A DNA stretch of 64,000 bases, taken from positions 19,186 to 83,185 of the forward strand of contig JBNGDI010000002.1 of NCBI GenBank assembly GCA_049975425.1. The letters are read 5' to 3'. The stretch's first letter is position 1. Each line of letters opens with the position of its first letter. Shown here piece by piece: positions 38,328 to 48,064 of the stretch. The translations under genes and the position numbers were made by a program. This DNA is from Bacteroidales bacterium (lineage in GTDB: Bacteria > Bacteroidota > Bacteroidia > Bacteroidales > VadinHA17). The notes beneath the pieces are model-generated. The model worked only from the letters and a program-made list of their open reading frames with translations. It was not told the DNA's origin and searched no databases.

Positions 38328-39317
38328 TTATCCGTCACATTTCAGCACGTTCTCCACCTGGTATTTGGCATTCTCCAGATAGGGACCGTGCATGGCCTTA
38401 CGGTATGCCTCACAGGCTTTGGTCTTATCCCCCTTGGCCTGGTATGCGTTTCCCATATGGTAATAAAATCCGGCCCGGGCAGCAGCATCATCAGCCGACA
38501 ACCCAATGCCTCTTTCCAGATACTGTATGGCCTTGTCAGGATCCCCCAGCTCATTGTTAATCTCACCCAGTTTCAGGTAAATATCGGGGTCATTGTTTCC
38601 ATACTCAATACTTACATCAAAATAATCCTCCGCCTTGCTGTAATCTTCATCCTGAAGAGCAATTACACCGGCATTGTAATAGCTGTTCCTGACCGCTTCC
38701 TCAGCCTCCCTCATGGTTTCGGCATCCCTTCCGGCACTCACCGTCATGGCCTGGTCCATGGATTCCCTCATTTTCGTCAGGTCGTCCAGCCCTTTGTATG
38801 CCAACCCTTTTGCCAGGTATGCTTTTCCGTAATTCGGATTTAATCCAATGGCTTTATCAAATAGGAGAATTGCCCCTTCAAAATCCTGTTTTTTATACGA
38901 ATCAATTCCTTTGGCATAATATAACTGAGGAACAGCTGCCCTGGCTTTCCGGCCGGTTTCTTCATCGCCGTATTTTGAGGCGGCTTCTTCAGCCTTTTCA
39001 AACGCCTGGATAGCGCCGTCGAAATTCCTTTCCCTGTAGTGGGTCATGGCCTGACTGAAGTATACTCCGGGAACCCTGGCCAGAGCCGCCAAAGCCTTTT
39101 CCCGGGTTTCGGACCCTTCAGCCCCTATTTGATCGGCAATCTCAATACACCTTTCAAAATGCATGGCTGCCAGATCGGGATCCGTTTTCAGTATCTGAGC
39201 ACCCTGATTGTATTCATTGATGGCATCGCTGAGGGATTGTGCACTCAAACCACCCGCTATACATAGTAACAAGCTCAGTGTGGTAATTCCTTTCAGCATA
39301 ATCCTTGCTTTTTTCAT
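38328..39317 (-). CDS. exported tetratricopeptide-repeat protein
   Basis: Signal peptide and multiple TPR consensus repeats. Confidence 0.88.
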   Translation of the reverse strand: MKKARIMLKGITTLSLLLCIAGGLSAQSLSDAINEYNQGAQILKTDPDLAAMHFERCIEIADQIGAEGSETREKALAALARVPGVYFSQAMTHYRERNFDGAIQAFEKAEEAASKYGDEETGRKARAAVPQLYYAKGIDSYKKQDFEGAILLFDKAIGLNPNYGKAYLAKGLAYKGLDDLTKMRESMDQAMTVSAGRDAETMREAEEAVRNSYYNAGVIALQDEDYSKAEDYFDVSIEYGNNDPDIYLKLGEINNELGDPDKAIQYLERGIGLSADDAAARAGFYYHMGNAYQAKGDKTKACEAYRKAMHGPYLENAKYQVENVLKCDG

Positions 39318-39360
39318 CTTTTTTCAGTTTGTTATTGTTTATCTGTGTATGAACAGCCAG

Positions 39361-39368
39361 CAAATATA
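39361..39368 (-). promoter_or_regulatory. sigma-A -7 box for the TPR gene
   Basis: TATATTTG on the minus strand. Confidence 0.6.
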
Positions 39369-39425
39369 GAAAGATATTGCAAAAAATGAAATTATTGCTC
39401 TTTCATGCCGAAAACCACCCCCCGT

Positions 39426-40592
39426 TCATTCCATGTCCAGAATAAACCTGTATTGCGTGGTTGATTCGGCCAGTTTTCCATATTCTCTGGCCAATGATCT
39501 ATCCCCCTCCCGGCGGCTGATCCTTGCCAGCCCGGCATATGCCACCGCCAGATATGTATTTACCCATACTCCAAATACCTTGCCATTTTCTATGCCGGTA
39601 AGATATTTATCACGCGACATGTCCGGGTCGTTGAATACTTTCTCGTAAATATACCCGTCGAAAATGTTCAGCACCATGGTTACAAAGGGATGATGCGGAT
39701 ATTGCCGCCTCAGCACATTCAATTCTTCAGCACACTCACGGGTTTGCCCGGTGGCCATAAGATTCAGCAGTAGACGGCTGCGGTAAAAATAATTATCCGG
39801 ATAATCGTCTACCAGTTTTCTGATATACTTCAGTGAACGGTCCGGATCATCCTCGTAGTTCAGACAGAGATGATTAAGAAACAGCAGGGCTTCGTTTTTC
39901 AGGTAAATACCCTGCTCAGCCACAGTTTCAAGCATCCTTAGCCCCCGTTGCATATCCCCCCCGGGAAACAACAGCGCCAGCGGCCGGTAAACGGGGTACA
40001 TTCTGGGATACGCTTCGATATAATAATTATATAACCCGGTGGCGAACATGAACTCACCAAATTGCTCCTGCAGTTCAAATCCCTTTTTAAGCGACCGGTA
40101 GGAAGGGGAAAGATAAGGAATTACTTTCCCGGTAAGTCCATTATCGGCATAATACATCATCAGCATACCCTGCCCCACCAAATCGAAAAACACCCCTTCC
40201 ACATCCATGGGATCATCGGCCATTCTTTCTCCGGCCAGTTCTACAGCCTCTTTCAGTTTTACCTGGTAATTCTCCGATTCCGCATGATCCGGGGTCAGCG
40301 GCAAATTCTTCCAGTAAATGATCAGGGCTTCAAGAAAAGGGCCGGCAGGATGCTGCGGGTGTTCCTTCCGGAATGAAACAGCATATTCAAAGGCACGGTC
40401 AAACCGGAAACTATAAATATCATCCAGACATTGCTCCATAGCTGCCATGGTGGCGGAATCGCCCAGAATACCATACCGGGCATGAACCGAACCTGTCAGC
40501 ATAAACCAACCGGCCAACCATACCCACACCCTGAACAGGCCCGAAAAACCCTTTCTCCCCTTCTGTTTGGTTATTTTCCTCTCCAAAACCAT
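39426..40592 (-). CDS. exported alpha-helical/TPR-like hypothetical protein
   Basis: Hydrophobic N-terminus, helical repeats (GLYNYY, YPDN); start uncertain. Confidence 0.65.
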   Translation of the reverse strand: MVLERKITKQKGRKGFSGLFRVWVWLAGWFMLTGSVHARYGILGDSATMAAMEQCLDDIYSFRFDRAFEYAVSFRKEHPQHPAGPFLEALIIYWKNLPLTPDHAESENYQVKLKEAVELAGERMADDPMDVEGVFFDLVGQGMLMMYYADNGLTGKVIPYLSPSYRSLKKGFELQEQFGEFMFATGLYNYYIEAYPRMYPVYRPLALLFPGGDMQRGLRMLETVAEQGIYLKNEALLFLNHLCLNYEDDPDRSLKYIRKLVDDYPDNYFYRSRLLLNLMATGQTRECAEELNVLRRQYPHHPFVTMVLNIFDGYIYEKVFNDPDMSRDKYLTGIENGKVFGVWVNTYLAVAYAGLARISRREGDRSLAREYGKLAESTTQYRFILDME

Positions 40593-40693
40593 AAAATATT
40601 CTTTTATTTTATTGATTTTTATTTGAATAATCAAAATTATTTTTTTTACTTTGTTAAAATAAATGTAAATTATTTTTAATTACTTTTTTCTGC

Positions 40694-40978
40694 ATGGATA
40701 AGAAATTACCGGTATCCTGTCCTGCCTGTGGGAACGAGCTGGAGGTAAAAACTTTATTCTGCCCTGCCTGTGAAACCACGGTATCGGGATTGTATGAGCT
40801 ACCTCTGCTGTCCAGTTTGCGGGATGAAGATCAGCTTTTCATCATTGATTTTATAAAAAACAGCGGCAATCTGAAAATAATGGCAAAGAACATGGGGCTC
40901 AGCTATCCTACGGTCAGGCATTTACTCGACGGGATTATCCGCCGGATCAAGGAACAGGAAACACACCATAAAATCTGA
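40694..40978 (+). CDS. DUF2089-like Zn-ribbon/HTH protein
   Basis: CPAC...CPAC, SGNLK.MA..MGLSYPTVR. Confidence 0.8.
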   Translation: MDKKLPVSCPACGNELEVKTLFCPACETTVSGLYELPLLSSLRDEDQLFIIDFIKNSGNLKIMAKNMGLSYPTVRHLLDGIIRRIKEQETHHKI

Positions 40979-41022
40979 GCGACACCTTTCAGCTTTCCAA
41001 GGTTAAGAACTGTGCTCTGCTT

Positions 41023-41739
41023 TCAATAAATTCCTATCTGCAATCCATAAGTCCACCGGGGAAAATCAGGATATGCCGGATAATCTTTTCCTGTAAGCGT
41101 GGATAACCGGTACCGGACCGTTAGCAGATACCTCTTCCATCCAACACGGGCATTTGCCCCGTAAAAAAATGAATTCAGATATTTCAGTTTTTTATATACG
41201 GTTTTACTCCTCACCGCTTCATAGGCCGGATCGATGCCGGTATCAAACACCACATGTTTCCCCTCAACCAGCCATGCCGCATCGGCTCCCAGGTCTATAA
41301 AGGTTCCCATATAATCGCCGCGTTTCCCGGAATTAATCCGGAAATACAAACCGGCCACCGCCTGATGGAGAATAAGTAATTCCTTTTCATGAAGCCGATT
41401 ATTTGGAAATATTTTCCCCGGGTTCTGGTCCAGGTCAAAACTGGTTTTACGATACTCCAGATCATATCCTCCGGAAAGGATTTCGGTGAATTTATACTTA
41501 TATCTCCTTCCCGCTACAAGCTGTCTCGATCGTATATACCTGATGTCGGCCCCTTCAAACCCGGAGGGTCCGGCCGGAAACCCGTACCCCAGGTAAAAAT
41601 GGCTGAAACGGAGGCTGTTTCTCCCAAAATCCGTACGTTGGGGTAGTTCCACTTCTTTCTCCAGCAGCACTTCCTGGGAAAATGCCTCCGGAACCGGATA
41701 AAGAAAAATGATGATAAGGATGAAAATCAGAGGTTTCAT
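41023..41739 (-). CDS. outer-membrane beta-barrel protein
   Basis: Signal peptide, amphipathic beta strands, C-terminal GLQIGIY. Confidence 0.65.
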   Translation of the reverse strand: MKPLIFILIIIFLYPVPEAFSQEVLLEKEVELPQRTDFGRNSLRFSHFYLGYGFPAGPSGFEGADIRYIRSRQLVAGRRYKYKFTEILSGGYDLEYRKTSFDLDQNPGKIFPNNRLHEKELLILHQAVAGLYFRINSGKRGDYMGTFIDLGADAAWLVEGKHVVFDTGIDPAYEAVRSKTVYKKLKYLNSFFYGANARVGWKRYLLTVRYRLSTLTGKDYPAYPDFPRWTYGLQIGIY

Positions 41740-43328
41740 AGATCGGAATTTTCTGCGCACAGGCATCTGGTTTGTCCTCCGTAATAAACACGCAAAATAT
41801 CATCGGGGTTCAGTTCCTGTGCGGGAATTACCAGGGGGATGCTGTCGGTTACCTCAATTACAGCATATTTTTTCAGCAAACCGCCGGGGTATGCAATGTG
41901 ATAATACAGATAGGGACGGATTCCCACGGCTGAATCCCCCGGCATTTTCCTGATCTGCACAGCCAGTTTTTCTTCGTCTGCCGATATCGTGAACAACGGT
42001 TCATCGTCTTTTTTCTTCGCTGTAAAATACGAAGCTTGAGGAATACCATACCCGTGAGCATAATCATAATATGGATATAAATGACCCGATCGTTCGATGG
42101 CATGCAACAGTTCCAAATTGTTCCACTCGGGGTGCATTTGCCTGACGCAGGCGGCAAAACCGGTCACCAGCGGAGTAGAAAAACTGGTTCCATAAGCCGT
42201 TTTCACTTTCTTTTTCCCCGCTACGGCAGCCTGTGCAGGGGCACATACATTGGGCTTGAGTCGGCCGTCGGCAGAAGGCCCGAAAGAACTGAATGCCATA
42301 TGCCGGCCGGTAAAAGGATCGACACCTCCCACCGACAGGATACTGTCGGCATCGGCCGGTGCTCCGAGGATTTCCCATCGGGACGCACCGGAATTGCCCA
42401 TGGCGTTCACTACCAGGATGCCCTTTTTTGCAGCCAGGGTGGCAGCCCGTGACACCATGGCCACCCTTCCATTCATTTCATCAGGAAAATACCGGTGATA
42501 AGTGTAACCCAGCGAGCTGCTGATAATATCCGCCCCATAACGGTCTGCCCATTCCATGGCACACACCCAGTTTTCTTCCTCAGAAAAAGGTTCGCCCCAC
42601 TGTTCTGTCCGTGCCAGAAGAAATTCAGCACCGGTTGCCAGCCCCAGGGTCCATTCACTGTTTATTCCCGCTATACAGGAAAGAACCATGGTGCCGTGAA
42701 CATTCCCTGCAAAAACATCATCCTTCCCCTTTATAAAATCATGGGTGGCCACAATGCGTCCTTCTTCTCTGATATGGGCAAACAGGGGGTGGTTATCCAC
42801 TTCCGGAAATCCGGCATCAAATACCGCAATGCGCACACCCCTACCGTCCAATCCCAGGCTGTCGAAAACATCTCCCTCCAGCATGGCAAGCTGCAACTCT
42901 GCCAGTTCTTCTTCTTTCCCCAACCACGGAACCTCCTGCCGGAACGTTTTCAGGGAAGGTGCCGGGACACGCAGCACAGGCTCTATGGAAGTAACAAAGG
43001 GCAATCTGGACAGTGCCTCCTGTTCCTTTCTTCCGGCATATACCGTAACGGCATTCAACCAGCGGCTCACCTTTACCACACGGCCAGCGACCGCCTCCAC
43101 CCGGCGAATGTAGTCGACCGAAACCGGCAGATCGGTTTCGTCATACAGGGGCAATTCCTGCCTGACCCGCCTTTGCACGGAATGCGGGTCAAAATATTCC
43201 CCGGGATCAAAATATCCGTAGGGTTTGTCGGAAAATACCACCCATACCTTTTCTTTCCCCTGGGCAAACAATGATACGGATAACAGAAGAAAAAGCAAGG
43301 GAATCAATATACAGACCACCTGTTTCAT
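41736..43328 (-). CDS. S8 subtilisin-like serine peptidase
   Basis: Catalytic D (AVFDAG), H (HGTMV), N (AMGN), S (GTSFS); signal peptide and propeptide. Confidence 0.92.
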   Translation of the reverse strand: MKQVVCILIPLLFLLLSVSLFAQGKEKVWVVFSDKPYGYFDPGEYFDPHSVQRRVRQELPLYDETDLPVSVDYIRRVEAVAGRVVKVSRWLNAVTVYAGRKEQEALSRLPFVTSIEPVLRVPAPSLKTFRQEVPWLGKEEELAELQLAMLEGDVFDSLGLDGRGVRIAVFDAGFPEVDNHPLFAHIREEGRIVATHDFIKGKDDVFAGNVHGTMVLSCIAGINSEWTLGLATGAEFLLARTEQWGEPFSEEENWVCAMEWADRYGADIISSSLGYTYHRYFPDEMNGRVAMVSRAATLAAKKGILVVNAMGNSGASRWEILGAPADADSILSVGGVDPFTGRHMAFSSFGPSADGRLKPNVCAPAQAAVAGKKKVKTAYGTSFSTPLVTGFAACVRQMHPEWNNLELLHAIERSGHLYPYYDYAHGYGIPQASYFTAKKKDDEPLFTISADEEKLAVQIRKMPGDSAVGIRPYLYYHIAYPGGLLKKYAVIEVTDSIPLVIPAQELNPDDILRVYYGGQTRCLCAENSDL

Positions 43329-43337
43329 GAATACATC

Positions 43338-44990
43338 TTAACGGGAAATAAGGCCGGGTATAGGTTCTTCCATATTTCCGTTCGGATAGGAAATATTCAT
43401 CAGAAAAGCCATGGTGGAAGCTATCCCTGTCATATCCACCGGGTCGGAGATCACAGTGCGCGGGATCTTCCACCCGTACCACACGAGGGGCACATGGGAA
43501 TCATACCGGTAGGCCGAGCTGTTTCTTGACACATCCCCGTTCCGGAAAATCCAGCCCGGTTCCAGACTCAGGATCACATCCCCCGAACGTTTTTGGTTAT
43601 ACCCGTTCTGGATTCGCTGCAGCATTCCGCTGCCGAAATAATTGCTTTCGAGTGTTGTGGAGGTAACAGCCTGCGCCACACCCGAAATCTGGACCATAAA
43701 CCTGGCTACGCGGTTCTGTACTTCTTCGAGCGATAATTTTGAATCCTCAATCAGCTGCCGGTTGAGGAATATCTGCTGGTCAACCACCGCATCCACCCAG
43801 TTGCCGTTTCCATACATTACATTCAGGTATGCTCTGAGCAGGGCAACCGCCCCGTTCAGATTTAAAAAACCACCTGGTACCCTGAGAGTTTCCAGGTAGG
43901 CCGGGCTGGCTGACACGCCGTGATTAGAAGTAAGGTAAACAAGCACGTTCTTTTTGCCGACCTGCCGGTCGAGAAACTCCAGAAAATGTTCCAGGTCGCG
44001 GTCAAGCCTCAGGTATACATCCTGCATTTCCATTGAATTGGGGCCGAATAGTTTACCCACTTCTCCCGGGGGATTAAATGCCACTGTCAGCAGATCGGGA
44101 AATTCATCCTCACCAAGCTGTTCGGAAACGATCAGTGAAACAGCAAAATCTTTTGTATAGGTATTTCCAAACGGCACGCAGCCAAGCAAACTGTAATCCC
44201 TTTCCCTTCGTCTGACCCGGCTGAGGCGGTCCAGATCATAGGGGAAAACATTCCTGCCTCCCAGGCCCGTTTCATAACTACACGAATCGGGAAGGCTTTC
44301 CGTATAGCTTTCCGCAGAATACAGGGGTTCCCATTTCCTTTCGAGGTACAGGCGGGGAAACTCCTTTTCATTGAATTCGCTCACCCATTCCGGCAGTGAA
44401 TCGAGATACCAGGTACTGCTCATCCATGTACCGGTAGACGCGTCGAACCAGTATGCCGCATTGGCCGTATGACCTGCCGACAGGATGGCGGCATGCTCTT
44501 TCATACCCACCCCGAATACCTTCGACCGCATATTGAAGTACATTCTCAGCTCATCACCCAGTGTGGTAGCCACCAGATGCACCGGTGAATGCATTCCGTT
44601 TTCATAGCTCCCTCCCACAGCTCTCACCCCATCATCCTGTGTACAGTAAATTCTTTCTTTCTGCAAGCGCCTGTACCATTCGTCAGCGATTATTCCGTGA
44701 GAGGCCGGCATGGAACCGGTGGATATGGTAGCATAGCCGGTAGCCGAATAGGTATTCAGATAACTGAACCGGGCATTTTTGCAAAAAGTTCCCTCGTCGA
44801 TCAACCGGCGAAATCCTCCTTCACCAAATTTATCCCAGTAACGGTAAATATAATCATACCGCATCTGGTCCACCACAATGCCCACGATCAGCTTCGGCCG
44901 GCCGGGAGGTACTGTGAGAGAAGACTGTGAAAAAAGCGGGATGAAAGAAGGCAAACAAAACATCAACACGGAAATAATCCCTCTGAGCAT
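43338..44990 (-). CDS. PafA-type alkaline phosphatase family protein with degenerate active site
   Basis: PKLIVGIVVDQMRYDY, GGFRRL, RSGD, YD.HVPL; several metal ligands substituted. Confidence 0.85.
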   Translation of the reverse strand: MLRGIISVLMFCLPSFIPLFSQSSLTVPPGRPKLIVGIVVDQMRYDYIYRYWDKFGEGGFRRLIDEGTFCKNARFSYLNTYSATGYATISTGSMPASHGIIADEWYRRLQKERIYCTQDDGVRAVGGSYENGMHSPVHLVATTLGDELRMYFNMRSKVFGVGMKEHAAILSAGHTANAAYWFDASTGTWMSSTWYLDSLPEWVSEFNEKEFPRLYLERKWEPLYSAESYTESLPDSCSYETGLGGRNVFPYDLDRLSRVRRRERDYSLLGCVPFGNTYTKDFAVSLIVSEQLGEDEFPDLLTVAFNPPGEVGKLFGPNSMEMQDVYLRLDRDLEHFLEFLDRQVGKKNVLVYLTSNHGVSASPAYLETLRVPGGFLNLNGAVALLRAYLNVMYGNGNWVDAVVDQQIFLNRQLIEDSKLSLEEVQNRVARFMVQISGVAQAVTSTTLESNYFGSGMLQRIQNGYNQKRSGDVILSLEPGWIFRNGDVSRNSSAYRYDSHVPLVWYGWKIPRTVISDPVDMTGIASTMAFLMNISYPNGNMEEPIPGLISR

Positions 44991-45053
44991 GCTTTCGTAT
45001 TTACGGGTTTGCAAATCAGGAAGGCAGGCAAAAATCCCCGGGTCCTTCCCCTG

Positions 45054-45061
45054 CAAATATA
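45054..45061 (-). promoter_or_regulatory. sigma-A -7 box for the pafA-like/S8/barrel unit
   Basis: TATATTTG(CA) on the minus strand. Confidence 0.6.
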
Positions 45062-45105
45062 ATCATTGCATGTATTCAAATTTTCAAACGCAGATATTCT
45101 CCGGT

Positions 45106-46824
45106 TTATTTCAGGAATATTTTCATGGAAAAATTCCCTTCCGGCCCGCTAATCACCATAATATACATTCCTTTCATATCCGGAGGCAAGGGAAATTCAA
45201 TATCTCCTTCCCCCTGTTCAAGAAATGCCTCTCCCACCATTTGTACCGGCTGGCCTGTCATAGAATACAGGATAAACCGATAACTGCCCCGTTTCCCGAT
45301 ATGGTACTCAAACCGCAATGCTTCTCGGGGCGGATTTTCCACCAGCCTGAAACAGAATGAGGAATCAGGAGGTGGAGGTAATTGAACCGGGACCATACGG
45401 ACATCCAGTCTGGCCTGCTGCCGGTTCCACACCTGCACGGGAATTTCAACCGGTTCATATCCCTCTGCAGTAAATACCATATTCCAGCTATCTTCCGGCA
45501 GTAACCTGACAAAGAATCCGTTGAGTGAATCGCTGAATACATGGGAACCCAGACTGTCATGCCCGGTAATGGTAATTTGGGCGGCCACCGGATCACCTGT
45601 AAATGCATCGGTTACATAACCATGTACCCCGAAATATGCCTGCTCCAGGTAATTCAACAGGGAACGACGGTTATATTCCCAGTACAGCGGTAGAGTGGCC
45701 GGATCAGGGAATTTTGTGTTCGAAAGTTCAATGGTCACCTCCCGTCCATGCAGGAAGTAAGTCACGTAATCCTGCCTGCCTCCGGTAATGGAGTACCATT
45801 CGGCCCCGTTGGTAATTCCGTTATCCGACCAGGAAGGGTTCATGTATCCTTCCGTGCTGTACAGGTGAACGGTATCGGCATATTCATGGCCGATATATTG
45901 AAACCACAACTGGTCGGGATGGACCTTGACAGACGGGTACCAGGTATCCCACGGATAGTTCACCACTTCAACCCCCCCGTGAAAATTGGCTGATATACAG
46001 ACTTTCAGGGTATCCATAAACGCCATCATTGCCAGGGTCTCCTCCTGATAGGGACCACCCGGATTTTCCCCTACCCGCGGATCAGGAAAATTCCGGTTCA
46101 GATCGTAGCCGTTGTCGTTGTACCTGCGGGGATTGGTGATCTCGCCCGAGGGAGAATTGTAATAGGTTCCGTCGGGGTTTGCCAGGGGATTGATCCATAT
46201 CTCCAGGCTGTCAACCAGGGCAGTAATCTGAGGATCGTGGCCGTAGCCCGTAAGCAGGGTGTCAATCAAACGCAGCATCAGTGCATATCCCACGGTTTCA
46301 TCCCCGTGCATGGAGGAGGAATACAAAACAACGGGCTCAGCTTCCTTTTCCCCCACATGATCGGAAATTTTTACGAACAGAATGTCACGGTTACCAACCG
46401 ATTTCCCTGCATTTACCAGGCGGCACAGCGAGGGATACCCGGTTTCGAATGCCTGCATCATATCCAGGTATTCCGCATAGGAGGGATATGATTCCCAGGC
46501 GACCAGGTTTTTTGTTTTCGGAACCGGCCGAATCACCGGAGGGATGACCCGGAAAGGCAGATCCAGGGTTAAGAATTCACGGAATTGCTGAGGATTGGCA
46601 TAAGCCCTTACCGTATTTCCTGTCACAGCGTCGATGGAAAGGATACCTGACAGGCGTTCCGGTAATCCGGGCCCGGGCACCTCAAATTCGATACATACCT
46701 CATTTCTTGTCTCCAGCATATTGATGGCCTGTCTGAGCGAAGTGTCCCTATCCTGTGCACTCATCCGGGCATTCAGGATAAGCAACATACAGAGACAGAA
46801 TACAAATGAAGATCGAAATATCAA
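45106..46824 (-). CDS. M14 zinc carboxypeptidase with regulatory-like domain and probable T9SS C-terminal domain
   Basis: HGDE, NPDG, DLNRNF, FHGG, TIEL; C-terminal NP..., G.Y..., KIFLK. Confidence 0.9.
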   Translation of the reverse strand: MIFRSSFVFCLCMLLILNARMSAQDRDTSLRQAINMLETRNEVCIEFEVPGPGLPERLSGILSIDAVTGNTVRAYANPQQFREFLTLDLPFRVIPPVIRPVPKTKNLVAWESYPSYAEYLDMMQAFETGYPSLCRLVNAGKSVGNRDILFVKISDHVGEKEAEPVVLYSSSMHGDETVGYALMLRLIDTLLTGYGHDPQITALVDSLEIWINPLANPDGTYYNSPSGEITNPRRYNDNGYDLNRNFPDPRVGENPGGPYQEETLAMMAFMDTLKVCISANFHGGVEVVNYPWDTWYPSVKVHPDQLWFQYIGHEYADTVHLYSTEGYMNPSWSDNGITNGAEWYSITGGRQDYVTYFLHGREVTIELSNTKFPDPATLPLYWEYNRRSLLNYLEQAYFGVHGYVTDAFTGDPVAAQITITGHDSLGSHVFSDSLNGFFVRLLPEDSWNMVFTAEGYEPVEIPVQVWNRQQARLDVRMVPVQLPPPPDSSFCFRLVENPPREALRFEYHIGKRGSYRFILYSMTGQPVQMVGEAFLEQGEGDIEFPLPPDMKGMYIMVISGPEGNFSMKIFLK

Positions 46825-46827
46825 TAG

Positions 46828-47925
46828 TTACACATTAAATCGTATATGCAGGATATCCCCGTCTTCCACCATGTAATTTTTCCCTTCAACAAAAAATTTC
46901 CCTTTTTCCTTACAGGCCTGCTCCGATCCCAGTTCGGTGAAATCGGCATATTTCATTACTTCAGCCCTGATAAAACCTCTTTCCATGTCGGAATGGATCA
47001 CACCGGCAGCCTGCGGAGCGGTCATCCCCTCGCGGATGGTCCAGGCTCTGATCTCTTTGGGGCCTACCGTAAAAAAAGTCCTCAATTTCAACAAATTGTA
47101 TGCACTTCTGATGAGTTTGTTCACCCCGGGTTCAGAAAGCCCCGCGTCTTCCAGGAAAACCCGCCGGTCGTTTTCATCCTCCAGTTCGGCAATCTCGGCC
47201 TCCAGGGCAGCAGCGATCACCAGCACTTCTGTGTCTTCATCTTTTACCGCTTCCTTTACCTGTTCCACATAGTGGTTCCCGTTAACTGCCGAAGCAGCAT
47301 CCACGTTGCACACATACAAGACGGGCTTATCGGTCAGCAGAAAAAGATCCGACATCCATTTTCTGTCATCAGGGGAAGCCTGAAAAGTACGGGCAGGCTG
47401 AAATTCTTCGATATGTGCCCGCAGCGCCTGCAATACCGACATTCCATGTTTTGCCTGCCTGTCACCCGAACGGGCCATTTTTTCCAGGCGCTGGATTTTT
47501 TTTATCACCGATTCCTGGTCTTTCACCTGCAACTCCAGGTCAACCGTTTCCTTATCCCTTACCGGATCAACCGAACCGTCTACATGGGGCAGGTTCTCAT
47601 CATCGAAACAGCGTAACACATGGATCAGGGCATCCGTATTCCGTATGTCAGCAAGGAACTGGTTCCCCATTCCCTCCCCCTGGCTGGCACCGCGTGTCAG
47701 GCCGGGAATATCAACAAACTCCACCGTGGTGGAAACCACCTTTTCTGTGGGCTGATACTTTTCCAGCTGTTTCAGGCGCGGATCAGGAACATTCACCATT
47801 CCGATATTCGACCTGTTGCTGCTGAACGCAAAAGAAGTCACTTCGGCCCTGGTATTTGAAATACAGTTAAAAAGGGTGGTTTTGCCCGAATTGGTGATTC
47901 CGATAATCCCGCAATGCAATGGCAT
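46828..47925 (-). CDS. ychF: Obg-like ATPase YchF
   Basis: VPDPRL, DIPGL..GASQGEG.GNQFL, FFTVGPKE.RAW, IHSD..RGFIRAE. Confidence 0.93.
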   Translation of the reverse strand: MPLHCGIIGITNSGKTTLFNCISNTRAEVTSFAFSSNRSNIGMVNVPDPRLKQLEKYQPTEKVVSTTVEFVDIPGLTRGASQGEGMGNQFLADIRNTDALIHVLRCFDDENLPHVDGSVDPVRDKETVDLELQVKDQESVIKKIQRLEKMARSGDRQAKHGMSVLQALRAHIEEFQPARTFQASPDDRKWMSDLFLLTDKPVLYVCNVDAASAVNGNHYVEQVKEAVKDEDTEVLVIAAALEAEIAELEDENDRRVFLEDAGLSEPGVNKLIRSAYNLLKLRTFFTVGPKEIRAWTIREGMTAPQAAGVIHSDMERGFIRAEVMKYADFTELGSEQACKEKGKFFVEGKNYMVEDGDILHIRFNV

Positions 47926-47945
47926 AATAATCGTTTTTTCCGGCA

Positions 47946-47953
47946 CAAAATTA
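47946..47953 (-). promoter_or_regulatory. sigma-A -7 box for ychF
   Basis: TAATTTTG on the minus strand. Confidence 0.55.
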
Positions 47954-48064
47954 CACTTTTACCGTGTAAAACGAATGGAAAACATGAAATTCGGAGGTCA
48001 CCCCCTACGCAACCAACATCACTTCCCATAATTTTCTTATTTTAGCATACAATTGCGGTAAAGT

